In this document: positions 9,961 to 22,340 of the stretch, in pieces
Layout of the letters: each line of letters starts with the position of its first letter
How positions within the stretch are numbered: position 1 is the first letter of the stretch
Source: Phyllobates terribilis
Lineage: Eukaryota
NCBI RefSeq assembly: GCF_046119375.1
Contig: NW_027362763.1
Coordinates: 248,372,001 to 248,436,000 of the forward strand
Direction of reading: 5' to 3'
DNA length: 64,000 nucleotides
Position numbers and translations under genes: made by a program
Notes under the pieces: model-generated
Databases searched by the model: none
Told to the model about the DNA's origin: nothing
What the model saw: the letters and a program-made list of their open reading frames with translations, nothing else

Positions 9961-12447
9961 CATCCCCCGGCTCGGCTCCAGTCCTCCTACTCTTTTCCAG
10001 GGAAGTTAACTGCTGCAGTGCTGCCCCGGCCGAAGAAGAAGCAGCGGCCGTGCGCTGCTGCTTGGGGAGCGGTCCGGGGGCCCCCCCGCCACTGTCTGCC
10101 GGTATGTGCCGCGGCGCCGCACATATAATGAGAGCAATCTGGCCATAGACACCCCGGAGCCCCGGGCCCCCTGGAGGTTCGGGGCCCCTGGTGGTAGCCC
10201 GGATTGCCCTCATTATAATCCGCCTATGATTCCTCACATGTAATAAAGCTGTCAAACAGTTGAAAATCATGCATGCGGGAGAGATTTAACCTTATCACCG
10301 AGCAGCTGTAAATACTCGGAGCTCGGCCCGAGCATACTCGGCGAAAGGGTTAATAGAACATACTCGCTCAATACTATTCACCACAAGTTTCAAGCCATTA
10401 ATCAGCCTTAACAATAGAAAGTCCAGATTAGACTTTGCCAAAAAAACATCTAATTAAGCAAGCCCAATTCTGGAAAAGCAATCTTTGGACAGATGAAACT
10501 AAGATCAGCCTGTACCAAAATGATGGGAAGAAGAAAGTATGGAGGAGGCTTGGAATAGCTCATGACCCAGAGCACACCTCATTCTCTGTAAAACATGGTG
10601 GAGGCAGTGTGATGGCATGGGCATGCATGGCTTCCAATGGCACTGGGTCACTAGTGTTTATTGATGATGTGACTCAAGACAGAAGCAGCGGGATGAAATC
10701 TAAACTGTACAGGGCGATACTTTCTGCTCAGATTCAACAAAATACAGCAAGGTTGATTGGACACTGCTTCACGGGACAGATAGACAATGATCCAAAATAT
10801 ACTGGATCATTGGAAGGAATATTCTGCAATGGCCGAGTTAATCACCAGATCTCAACCCCAGCAATTCACGTGCTTCAGACAAAACTTAAGGCAGAAAGAC
10901 CCACAAACAAGCAACAACTGAAGTCAGCTGCAATTAAGGCCGGCAAAGCATCACATAAGAGGAAACCCAGCGTTTGGTGACATCCAGGGCTTCCAGACTT
11001 TTGCCTGCAAAGGATTCTTAATAAAGTATTAAAAATTAACATTTTATTTGTGGTAAAGGTGATTTGTCCAATTAGTTTTGAGCCTCTGAAATGAGCAGGC
11101 TTTATAGAAAAATGGTTGCAATTCCTAAACATTTCATAGGATATTTTTGTTCAATCCCCTTCATTAAATCTGAAAGTCTACACTTCAATTGCATCTCAGT
11201 TGTTTCATTTTAAATCCAAAATTGTGGCATGCAGAGCCCAAATAATGAAGATTCGGTCACTGTCCAAATACTTCTGGACCTAACTGTATATATTAACACC
11301 CCCAAGGTCTTTCCAAAAAAGGATGTGACAAGAAAAGTTGGGTCCCAAAAGCAAACACTTGTAAAGGCCACTGTATTTGTGAGTAGTGTACAGTGGTGTA
11401 ATATTTGACTATTACAACAAGTGTGCAAAAATTGTAAAAATGTTTTTAAAGCACCACAATCTGTGAGGTAGACAGTTGCACTTAAATTTGTTTAAGTTAT
11501 TTAGCAAATAAACTATTTTAATCTTCTATTTCAAGTGTGGTGTTCCTCTTTATAGGTTATATAGTTCCCCTTTAGCACACACTTATTTTTTGGGTTGCTG
11601 TAAATTGGTAATCTAAATTTCTGGAATGTGGAAATGTTTCTTTTGACTTTTAATAAAAACAAAAAAATCCTCTACGAAATTCAAAAGAAATGCAAGAACG
11701 GCTAATGCTTATATCTTGTTCATTTCACAAGCTTTCTCAGACAGACAAGTCTTGGTTTCAGTATTTTTTTCTATCTGTAATGATGAGCTGTGTGCCCTGA
11801 CCTCCCGCCCGCTCGACTGTGCCTGATAACATGTAAGCCTGCCCTCTGGCTGATGCTATGTTCTGCCATGTGTGAAATAGCACGGGGCATTTTTTGGGAA
11901 AAAATATGTGCAAATCAACAATCAAATTGGAAATTGTTCAAATTCACAGCAACCTGCAAATTTCATGAAATTTAACTCAAATTTGATTTGCAGCAGATCG
12001 AGTCAATCATCTGTAATGGCTAGGCCTATGTCCACCATAGAGACCTCTTGTAAAAATAATGTATTGTATAATGACCTCTGTATACAGTAATGCAGATTCA
12101 TACATGCCAGACGGAGGCCGAAAGAACACACTTTTGGTTTCCGTCTGATGAACAGATATGACTGGGAATGTTACAGTATGTGTTGGGAAATGCTCCCGAA
12201 ATATCATGTAGGCTAAGAGCACAGACACAGTGTGAACTTAGTCTAAGACCACGTTCACACGATCAGTACTTGGTCAGTATTTTACTGCAGTATTTGTAAG
12301 CCAAAACCAGGAGTGGGTGATAAATACAGAACTGGTGATGTGTTTCAATTATACTTTTCCTCTGATTGTTCCTCTCCTGGTTGTCGCTTACTGATGTGAA
12401 ATACTGACCAAATACTGAACATGTTTAATTCAATCACTCCAATTTAA

Positions 12448-12899
12448 AGCAATTCACAAGTGCTCCCATTAACTTTTTGATCCTCTTAATATATTGTAAT
12501 CATCATATTATGTGTACTTACAATTGCTCATTTTGCTCTTCTACCCATCTAATTCTTCTCTTTTCCATTAGGTTTATTACATCACGTGATTAAAAACTGA
12601 CTAGCTGAATCCTTCTAAGCTCTATGTAGAAGCAGGAAGTCTCTTCACCCTGTATGACTCATCAGTCACTGCAAAAGTCCCTGGCAGGGGGAGGAGAGGA
12701 GCAGCTGGGTCAGGAGTTGAAGAGGGAAATCAGAAATGAAAGGACAAGAGACTTCCTGCTTCTACATATAACAGAGAAAAGAGAATAATTATCGGGGTAC
12801 AAAGGCAAAATGAGCAATTGTAAGTAGACACAGAGCTATGATAATATGACTGCAATATATTAAGAGGGTAAAAAGTTTGATGGGAGGAGGAGTGCTTCT
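12448..12899. mobile_element. TTAA-flanked (T2/Kolobok-like) MITE
   Basis: TTAA at both ends; inverted arms ...ttacaattgctcattttgc / gcaaaatgagcaattgtaa... Confidence 0.6.
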
Positions 12900-13452
12900 T
12901 TAATTATAGGTGATGTTTTTCTAACCCTGTGTAATAGTTACCGTAAACTTAGAGTAAACAGTCTTAAATTGCATCATATTTATCCAGTGGCTCTCGCTGG
13001 ATGATAAACCCAATGTGTATTTTAGATTGTCTAGTCCAAATTCAAACCATCCATTAATCAGATTACTTTTAGACCACTTTTTATACACTTCCTTTTCGAG
13101 AAACTTTCTAAAAGTGTCTAGTGTCTAAAACCCCTAATAAATCTGGCACATGGCACGTGAGGACATATTATGGCTCAACTGTAGACAGAATTCTCATACA
13201 TTTTAGTTAGTAAATCTTCCCCATCATTTTTACCAACTGTATAATGCATTTAAAAGGTTATTCCCATCTCAACCATTCATTCTTCGGTCACAAGAGATCG
13301 AGAATGCGGTACGTAAACAGCACAATGGGTTGCTATTCAGTTTCTGTAACTTTCATAGAAATAAATGGTTGTTACAGAAACAAAGTATAGCAGCTTTCTC
13401 GACTTTTCCGGTAGCCCCAACCATGAATAGCTGAGATGAGAATTCCTCTTTA

Positions 13453-14460
13453 GGCCATGTTCACATGTCCAGCAATCATCAGTTAGAACGGATCCAGCAG
13501 CAATCCATTAACAAAAAAGTTGTGCAGACACAACTTTTCTGTCCAGCTAAAAAAAATGGATTTCAGCTAAATCAGTTTTTTTTACATTGAAGTCTATGGA
13601 AAACGGATTCGCTAAATAGTCATCAGTTTTTCTTTCATTTCAAACTCATCCAGTAAGCAAAAAAAATCCTTTTTGAAAAAAAAGAAAAACAGATGGCTAC
13701 TTAACGGATCCGTTTTCCATAGACTTCAATGTAAAAAAATGGATCTAATTGAAATCAGTTTTTTAAAGCCGAACAAAAAAGTTGTGTCTGCACAATTTTT
13801 TAGTGTTAACGATTTGCTACTGGATCTGTTCTAATGGATGATTACTGGACATGTGAACATAGCCTTAGAGTATGTGCACACGATCCTTTCTGGAAGCGCT
13901 TTGAACGCAGTATACTTTATGCTGTGTCCAAAGCGCTGCACGCAGGTGAATCCGCTTGTGTTCATTGAACCATGCGAATTCACTGCATCCTATACATTAC
14001 ACTGATAGAATTTCTCTTGTGGAGGTTCCGAAAGAGAAATTGACATGCTGCGGTCTGTGAAGACACGCCGCATGTCCGTCTCTGTGGGTGAGCCGCAGGA
14101 GCACGGAGACGCATAGTGGGCATTGGATTTCTTGAAATCCCATCCACTATGTCTAACATCTAGCCTCTGCGGATAGCACACAGCGCAAGTGTGCTGTGTC
14201 CAATCCACAGCCATTCCCAACCGTACCCTTAGAGAGAGTATGTTTTTGCAACTCCATCTAACAGCAGCATGAAGAAAGGGCAGAGACCCTGATTGCAGGA
14301 TGTATCGCTTAGGCTATGTTCACATGTCCAGTAATCATCTTTTAGAACTGATCCTTTGACAAAAAAGCTGTGCAGACACAACTTTTTTTGTCCAGCTAAA
14401 AAAAAACTGATTTCAACTGGATCTGCTTTTTTAACATTGAAGTCTATAGAAAACGGATTT
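13453..14460. mobile_element. Cluster of Harbinger-type MITEs: complete 13453-13864, adjacent copy from 13868, left arm from about 14312
   Basis: ggccatgttcacatgtcc / ggacatgtgaacatagcc with TTA on both sides; palindromic interior. Confidence 0.75.
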
Positions 14461-14810
14461 GTTTAGCACAGGGGTGTACATAAAAATCATGGGGCCCCTT
14501 AGCAGAAGTTCTAATGCCCCCTGCAAAAAAAAACAACAACAATATATGGCGGGTCACAAAAGAGCATAGCTCACAACTTGGTCACCTTTACAAAGTAATT
14601 TTCCTCCTATTGAAGCCCTAGATTTCCCTTTCATTGCAGCCATAAAGTATGGTGCCAACAAAAGTGTCCCACAAACACTGTATGATACCCCCACATGCAC
14701 AGCATGATGACACAGCTGTACCCCACCTCAACTCCCCTGGCAAAGTATGATGACCCCCAGCCCCATACAGCCCTCAATGCAATATGCCCCCCACACAACC
14801 CTGCACATTG

Positions 14811-15070
14811 TATAATAATAATCTTTTATATTTATATAGCGCCAACATATTCCACAATGCTTTACAATTCAGACATTATCAGCACTGTCCCATCAGGGCT
14901 CACATTCTAAATTCAGTATGTCTTTGGAGTGTGGGAGAACCAGCAGGAAATGCACATGAATACAGGGAGAACATACAAACTCCTTGCAGATGTTGTCCTT
15001 GGTGGGATTTGAATCCAGGACCCCAGCACTGCAAGGCTGCAGCGCTAACCACTGAGCCACCGTGCTGCCC
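14811..15070 (-). mobile_element. tRNA-derived SINE with an L2-type tail
   Basis: Minus strand has A box TGGCTCAGTGG and B-box-like GGATTCAAATCC; 3' tail matches the L2 end at about 46612-46669. Confidence 0.85.
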
Positions 15071-15243
15071 TATAATAAAGTATAAAGGCTCTCATATAGC
15101 CTCTCCAAATAATATAATGGCCCCCACATAGCCCTACAAATATTATAATAGCCACCACATAACCCTCAAAATATTATAATGGTCTTCACATAGCACTCCA
15201 TATAGTATAACGCACTCCCCATAATCCTCCATATAGTATAATG

Positions 15244-15989
15244 CAGTGGTTGGCAAACTTTTTTGCACCAGGGACCGGCTTTAAGCAAGACCAGTTTTCA
15301 ATGGCCCGGTGGGGGTGGGGGCGGGGCTTTGGTCATATGTGGGTGGGGTTATGGAGGGGTGGAGCTTAGTGCATACTTATCATATAATTATGACATTTAT
15401 AATGAGAATGTGATTCAACTTACCATAGGTTCAGAATGAGTGGGAGCACCAGGCTTGTTTCCCTGGATCAGTGGGAGCACTGGGCTTGTTTTCCTGCAAC
15501 AAGACGGTCCCATCTAGGTCCCATCTGATGATGATGACCACTACTGCTGCTACTGGACACAGCCACTGCTGCTATGAATTTTCACTGTTATTTGCTTTTT
15601 TCACTTTAACCAGAAAATCTGCTGCTGGGCCGCACGACACCAGAACACAGCTACAGGAGTCATAAGGGTGGGACACCTGACGTCATATCTAGCTGCCCAT
15701 TAGCATCCAGAGCCCCTCCCCCTCCAACTCGCAGCTAGCAGAAGGGGAAGGAGCGCTGGACACACATGACCTGCTTGTCCCTGCTCCTGCCTGAGCACAT
15801 TCTGTGAGTAGGGCCGCATGGCTAATTATCTATTCACTGCCAGTCCCTCCTCCTCTTTTCTTATAGGCTACTGATCACATGCTGGCTTTCTCCCTGCTGA
15901 TCCTCTACAACTGTCAGCGGCGCCGCGGACCGGCTGAAAAACCCCAACGGCCCGGTCCTGGTCCGCGGACCGGCTGTTGGGGACCTCTG
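15244..15989. mobile_element. hAT (Charlie-like) non-autonomous element inserted in the minisatellite
   Basis: Ends cagtggttggcaaac / tgttggggacctctg; 8-bp TSD gtataatg at 15236-15243 and 15990-15997. Confidence 0.85.
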
Positions 15990-16231
15990 GTATAATGCAC
16001 CCCCATAGTCCTCCATATAGTATAATGTACCCCCATAGTCCTCCATATAGTACTATGCACCTCCATAGTCCTCCATATAGTACAATGCATCCCCATAGTC
16101 CTCTGTATAGTATGTAATGCACTCCACATAGTCCTCCATATAGGATAATGCACTCCATAGTCTTCCATACTGTGTAATTCACTCCCCATAGTTCTCCCAA
16201 TAGCATAATGCAAGCCATAGTCCTCCATATA

Positions 16232-16362
16232 ACATGACCAGATAGGTCAAAACACGTTTGTTTACTACATCTGCTGGACTGTACTGCTTCCGTGCCTTTT
16301 AACTTTTGCTAATAAATGGACTTTTAATTATACCACATCCGTTGGAAGTTCTACTTCTATTA
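16232..16362 (+). mobile_element. Short insertion in the minisatellite, probably a Penelope pseudo-LTR 3' fragment
   Basis: gacc-agata-ggtc stem followed by aaaacacgtt (resembling decayed gaaacgcgtt); AATAAA downstream. Confidence 0.45.
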
Positions 16363-17454
16363 AAGTCCTCCATATAGTATAATGCACCCCATAGTTATCC
16401 ATATAGTATAATGCACTCCCCATAGTCCTCCATATAGTATAATTCACCCCCATAGTTCTCTATTTAGTATAATGCTCTCCTCATAGTCTTGCATATAGTA
16501 CAATTCACTCCATAGTCCTCCATATATTATAATGCACCCCATAGTCCTCCGTATAGTATAATGTACCCCATAGTCCTCCATATATTTTAATGCACCCCTA
16601 TAGTCTGCCATATAGTATAATGCATTCCCCATAGTCCTCCATATAGTATAATTCACCTCATAGTCTTCCATATAGTATAATGCACCCCCCATAGTCCTCC
16701 ATAGAGTATAACGCACTCCATAGTCCTCCATATAGGACAATGCATTCTATATTCCTCCATATAGTAAAATGGACTCTCCATAGTCCTCCATATGTTAGAT
16801 TGCACCCTATAGTCGTCCATACAGTATTATGGCCACCACAATGTACTCACTGTTTTAAAAAAAAAAACACTTACCTCTTCTCCTCCCTTCAGCACAGCGG
16901 GTGCAGAGTAGTGATGTCATTGTGCCCGCTGTACTGAGACATCAGACACCAAGGAAGAATGATCGAGGAGGGAGCATCAGCTGACGCTCCCTCTTTCATC
17001 CATGATGCCAATACAGTTGAATGTGCGATGACGGGCAGGGGCCCGGTGTCGACGCTGGCACCAGGCCCCCACTGACTCATGTGCCTCATAGCAGCCAAGT
17101 GGCCTGCCGCCATTGGCGGTTCGCCACTGGTTTAGCAAAAATCACAGACTCCTATGAATGCTATCCACAGGTTGGCTTTCATAGGAGCCCTATCATGACA
17201 AGCACAGGGGTCTTCAGCAAACCCCCCGGCCATAATGGCAACCCATCAATGGGCGGTCAGAACAGTGTAACTTCTGGGCGGTGCACTGTAACTGAGTCAA
17301 GCGGTTGCTCATTGGCTGCAGGCCCCAAAAGATCCAGTGCCGACACCGATGGAGTGGCCTCTGCACTGGAGGTGAGTATAACTGTTATTATTTTATGAGG
17401 AGGAAACGTGGCGATTAAGAAGAGGTTGTGTAAGTAGTGACAACCCCTTTAAAT

Positions 17455-17715
17455 GTCGCAGTAGTGGATGAATTGAAATGTTGAAGAGAAATGGGGACAA
17501 GGGACATCCCTGCCATGTTCCTCAGGATATGTCTACATGAGGCATGTTATATCCATTTATTGTTATTGTTGTTGTCACCTCTGAGTATAGGGCGTCTATG
17601 TGTCTAATAAATTTGGGTCGATCTTCCTCTAATCTAGTGCAGCAGATGGAAAGGCCAAGTCAACCGATCAAAGGCTTTCTCTGCATCACTAGTGCAATGA
17701 TTCGGCTTGATAGAT
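17455..17715 (-). mobile_element. Degenerate L1/Tx1-type RT fragment
   Basis: Minus strand reads DAEKAFDR and GTWQGCPLSPFLFNISIHPL. Confidence 0.75.
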
Positions 17716-18086
17716 CTTGAGCCAGTACAGTGAGTGCCAGGGCCGGGATGAGGGGTAGACAGGGAAGGCACCTGCCTAGAGTGCTACCTCCTGCCTACTC
17801 GAGTGGGGCACATTTCGGAGAAAAAAAACCCTGCCATTGCTGAATGCCTGCGGCTGCCTGTCAATTTCCTCCAGCCACAGGCATTCAGCTCAGTGATGGC
17901 CGGGCAAAAAGGGGAGCAGTGTCAGTCACTTGTGCCACTCACCCCTCTCTCTCCTGTGCCGTGGCCGTCGATCCTTCCCCGCACTCCATTGTATTCGCAT
18001 CTGTAAGACAGGAGCAGAGAAGCTGTCATCATCTCCCTGCTCTGCCGGGAACTCCGGCACACACAGAGGACATCAGAGGTCGCGAT

Positions 18087-18397
18087 TAGTGTTGAGCGAG
18101 TATGTTCGGTTAACCCTTTCGCCGAGTATGCTCGGCCGAGCACCAAGTATTTATAGAATGCTCGGGCTTTAAGTTTTCGTCGCTCCATGAACATGATTTG
18201 CAACTGTTTGACAAATTTAATACATGTGAGGAATGCCTGTTTTTCCAGCATTCCTCACATGTATTAAATCTGTCAAACAGTTGCAAATCATGTTCACGGA
18301 GCGAGGAAAACTTAAAGCCCGAGCATTCTATAAATACTCGGTGCTCGGCCGAGTATACTCGGCGAAAGGGTTAACCGAACATACTCGCTCAACACTA
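18087..18397. mobile_element. 311-bp near-perfect foldback hAT MITE, same family as 7916-10376
   Basis: TIRs tagtgttgagcgagtatgttcgg / ccgaacatactcgctcaacacta; exact 8-bp TSD gtcgcgat. Confidence 0.95.
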
Positions 18398-18574
18398 GTC
18401 GCGATGCAATAACGTTATTGTGCCGTCCAGCGCACACTGCTGCACCAGATGGAAGAGGAGACAGAGCTGCACTGGAGAGGCTGCCTGGATTAGGTGGGTA
18501 TAAGCTTTTTTATTTTTATTCTATTATTTTTCTATTGAATGGAGGCTATTATACCTAGGGCCTGTGAGGACATT

Positions 18575-19430
18575 CCAAGAGGGGCTGGCTATGGGGACAT
18601 TACAAGAGGGGTTGGATATGGGGACATAAGAGGGGCTGTGGGGACATCACAAGAGGGCCTGGCTATGGGAACATTACAAGAGGGTGCTGACCATGTGGAC
18701 AAAAGGAGCTGGCTATGGAGACATTACAAGGAGCGCTGGCTATGGGGACATAAGGCGCTTGCTATGGCGATATTACAAGAGGGGCTGGCTATGTACTGTG
18801 GTTCCTGCATGGCCCACAGTCTGATAATGAATGATAGCAACAACCCCCAGTATCTCCTTAATCCTTGGTAAGGACATACTGGGAGTTGTAGGTTCATGAG
18901 ATAAAATTGTATATGGGCCTGACTTGACATTACAATTGATTGTTGTACTAAGCTTGGTGATGTATTCATGTACTGATGGTGATTCTGGTGATGAATTCAT
19001 GTACTGATGGTGGTTTTGGTGACGTATTCATATACTTAAGAAGGTACTGGTGTTGTATTTATTTACTAACAGTGGTTCTTGTGATGCATTCATATACTGA
19101 TAGTGGTTCTGATGATCCATTTATCTACTGATGGTGGTTCTATTGACCTATTAATTTACTGATGATGGTTCTGGTGCTTTTTTATGTACTTTTGATGGCT
19201 CTGGTGATGTATTCATGTACTGATGATGATTTTGGTTTTGTATCCATGTACTGATGATGGTTCTGATGATGAATACAGCACCAGAACCATCATAACTATG
19301 TAAATACATCACCAGAGCCATCAATAGTACTTGAATACAGCACTAGAACAACCATCACTACATGAAGATGTCACCACAACCACCAACAGTATATGAATGT
19401 GTCACCAGAACCACTATCCATACAGGAATA
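18575..19430. repeat. Two degenerate minisatellites: about 27-28-bp ggggctggctatggggacattacaaga (18575-18790) and about 31-bp tgatggtggttctggtgatgtattcatgtac (18950-19430), the latter changing orientation near 19270
   Basis: Direct reading. Confidence 0.7.
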
Positions 19431-20974
19431 TGGCAGCAAAACCACCATTATTTTTGTTGTAAACTGCATTTGTCGGATGACGTATACAAAAACCATCATA
19501 CATATCCCTTTATAATAAGGTCTGTCTAGCTTCCATTGGTGTATCCGCGAAATGCTGCACACCTTATTTGAAACCAAATGGCCCCAATTATAGTTAAGTA
19601 ATATTAGCTTCCTTGACTGTCCTTGGGTCTGTCATTTAAAATATAGGATGTCAGGGATGAATATCGCTATTTTTCCCTGGTATCATGTAAATGGTCTGCA
19701 AGTAATGAATGATTCCATATCTAACTATGGAAACACTCCCTGTTGAGCCTCACCCCTGAAGTACACTACTTTTTTACTTTTTCTGGTATTTTTTGGTGAA
19801 ACAGGTAACAATTCTAGTGGAAGTGGTCATCAGAGCTTGTTACCTGACCCATCTGAAGGGTAGCGGGGGTGTTAGGGGTCCTGTTACCTTAGTCTCTGAC
19901 CCATTCCTTTACATAGGGGCTGAGGGTTCATGTGGTGGGGTGGGGGGTGTCATCAGCTTCATCTGACTAGGGCACCAAAATACCTTGACCCGACGCTGGT
20001 GGCGGCTAGTGCCATTTGGATGGGGTTTTTTTTGTTATAGAATTCCGATATTGTGTGAAACCCTTCTTTAGGTTGGATAAGTATTGAGGGAGTATTTGTT
20101 GCATGTGATTTTCTAACATGTTTATAGCAATTTATAGTTATGGTTTAACAGGGTTATAGGGCGGTAGGAAAGTGGACCTGTGGTGTCTTTGTTTGAAGCT
20201 GTTACCTTTTATTATTGATGTAGTTTGTATGCAATAGTACAATAACTGTATTAATCAATAATGGTCTCTTAGCTCATAACAGACCAGTTTTCCTAAGCAG
20301 ATACCACTCTTTTTATTGGTAAAGTTTTGGACAAAATGAGTATAAAACAATAGACCATATTTCTTATAGACCGTATATGTTTTTAACAATCTATTCCCTT
20401 CAATGTAGTGCACATAAAAAGACACAACGTTCCCTCCAACTGGCTAATATAATGGAGAAACCAATGGTCGTTCACTCTCCTGACTGTCCACACTGTGGCG
20501 CTGTGGTTCTACATTTTGTATGAAAGTATTTTCAAGTTGTGCAAGAAAATTTCCCTTAGAAAACAGTTAACGAAATGACCTCAGGCTCTTGTAACCTGTT
20601 ATTATTACAGCTCAGAGGTTTCTATTACGGCTTTGATAAGTAACTTTTGCCATTATAAAGAAAGTTGTTTCAGGTTTCTTGACAAATTGTGATTTGCAGA
20701 AGTTCCCTAATGAATAATTACAAATGTAAATTCTGCTTTTTTTATACTAAATTTGAAGAAGTTTTTGTGATTTTAAAATGTTCAGCAAAGTTCTTCAACT
20801 TGCAAGAATCGGAAAAGAAAAACAATAACTTTATAACTTCTAACAGCTCGACTCACTGTTTGCTTGATAAACTATGCCTCAGGCCTCATTGAGATGTTTG
20901 TTTTCATATACCCATTATAGTCTATATGGCTGTTCACTTGCCCTATTTTTTTGTGGACCATGTGCTATTTCAAA

Positions 20975-21086
20975 CAGAGGCTGTACATACATCGGTCGGA
21001 GATGGTTTAGTGAAGCTGCATTGAGCAGGGGGTTGGACACGATGACCCGGGAAGTGCCTTCCAACTCTACCATTCTAGGATTCTAT
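20975..21086 (+). mobile_element. 5'-truncated CR1 3' end
   Basis: gagcagggggttggac..ttccaactctaccattctaggattctatg matches the end of the CR1 at about 60725-60839. Confidence 0.85.
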
Positions 21087-22340
21087 GGCACAGATCTTCC
21101 CCCAGTGGGTTCTAACCCGAAGATCATTGACCCATGGACAAGTGTCACTAGGTTCCCTGAGTCGAAGTGAGTCTCCGCCTGGTGTCCGTTGACGTGCACC
21201 TGGCACAGATGGGGCTCACTAGTTGTAGCAACGGCGTCTGTGGTGTAGACAGTGTGGCCAGAAATCGACACCCAGGGAGCAAACCCGCAGTCCATGGGTT
21301 CAGCAGTCAGGGGGCAGTTGGCTGCCACATGTCCTGGCCCTTTGCACCGCCAGCTCCTGATGGTGGGGGCACCACTAGTCCATGAGACCGGTTTAGGGGA
21401 AACTGGTCTCTTATTATGCTCATTCCAGGGACCCGCCCCATTATTGGCTTTGTTCTGTCTGACCTAAGCAGAGGGTCGTGTCCCTTCTTCAGGTTCACTA
21501 AAATGAAGGGGCCGGCGTGATATCCGCAGTGGGGCAGAGTCCCATACCAAGTCTTGGGTGGCCAAATAACGCTCGATCAGGCTAACTACCTGATCTAGGT
21601 TGCCCGGGACCCCTTGTCCCACCCAGCGATGTATAGCTAGAGTTCGCATCAACTGGTCGACTACTACCCTCTCTACCATCTGGGCTGGGCTCAAGGTCTC
21701 ATGCTGGATCCACTTTTTTACAAGATTGAGCAAGTCATAAACCTGAGAGATAGCAGGTCAGGCCTCCACAAAGGACCAGTGGTATGGTGCCTGTGTCCGT
21801 ACATAAGCATTAACCCCCATCTGGGCAAGGATCTCCACTTTGAGTTATCCATAGTCCAAGGCGACCTCGGGGGGAGGTCAAAATAGGCTTTCTGGGTGTC
21901 TCCCATCAGAAACAGGGCCACCACTTAAGCCCACTGGGAGTTCAGCAAACTCTCCCGCTCTGCGGTTCTTTCAAACACTGTGAGGGAGGCTTCCATGTCG
22001 TCCTCTGGACTCATTTTCCTCAGCACTGATCTGACTTTGTTCCGGGCCTCGGGATGGACCGGGGTCTATCATAGAGCCGCAATCTGCTGTGCTAACAGGC
22101 GGTTAGTTTGCTGCTGTTGTGCCATGGAGTAGGAATTCCTCCATCTTGTCCATGGAGTAGAGTTGTAACATTGTAAGCTTTATTACGGACAATAAGTTTT
22201 CTTTAGGGGTATGCCTTAGTTCACAGTGCCTGCATTCTCCACCATATGTAAGACAGCGGCTTTCACGTCCGTGCAGTAATGAGGCAGTGACCCAAGAAAG
22301 TTCAGCTCAGTTATTTGCCAACTTGCGAATCCAAAACGTT
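21087..22340 (-). mobile_element. Gmr1-like Gypsy element B, 5' part: U5 remnant, PBS, gag (SCAN-like), CCHC relic, protease
   Basis: Minus strand: LTR end ...cttaca at 22247, PBS, then ERVVVDQLMR..LDQVVSLIERY and FDSGN; parallels the proteins at 1-600. Confidence 0.85.
22227..22244 (-). promoter_or_regulatory. Primer-binding site complementary to the tRNA-Ala 3' end
   Basis: TGGTGGAGAATGCAGGCA versus the complement of tRNA-Ala(AGC) ...TGCCCGCATTCTCCACCA (one mismatch), 2 nt from the LTR end. Confidence 0.8.

Larger units (their letters stand above)
8076..10228. mobile_element. Non-autonomous hAT-like element inside the MITE (left end duplicated at about 8355)
   Basis: Ends caggggtggatta / taatccgcctatg; 8-bp TSD attcctca at 8068-8075 and 10229-10236. 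Confidence 0.85.
7916..10376. mobile_element. hAT-type foldback MITE carrying nested insertions
   Basis: TIRs tagggttgagcgagtatgttct / agaacatactcgctcaatacta; 8-bp TSD ttcaccac at 7908-7915 and 10377-10384. Confidence 0.9.
7648..11286 (+). mobile_element. Tc1-family transposon #2 (5' end missing here), interrupted by nested insertions
   Basis: N-terminal transposase 7648-7915; resumes near 10377 with WTDETK, KHGGG and DNDPKY; right TIR ending ccaaatacttctggacctaactg followed by TA. Confidence 0.85.
15075..16830. repeat. About 32-bp minisatellite (catagtcctccatatagtataatgcacccc), interrupted twice
   Basis: Direct reading; source of the repetitive MEDYG.. ORFs. Confidence 0.9.

Noticed and set aside
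14990-15070. tRNA gene (also about 62160-62235 and 22227-22244)
   Set aside because: The first two are SINE heads with A/B boxes continuing into SINE bodies; the third is a primer-binding site.
15861-16740. Repetitive MEDYG.. ORFs
   Set aside because: Products of the 32-bp minisatellite.
19540-19740. Second L1 RT fragment on the minus strand
   Set aside because: Only faint similarity around the expected YADD region, and it is out of order with the 17455-17715 fragment.
17738-19998. Single hAT element bounded by cagggccggg / cccgacgctg
   Set aside because: The flanks match at only 5 of 8 positions (gtgagtgc versus gtggcggc), so the TSD is not convincing.
20380-20900. Possible conserved non-coding element in unique-looking sequence
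   Set aside because: Cannot be supported without cross-species alignment.
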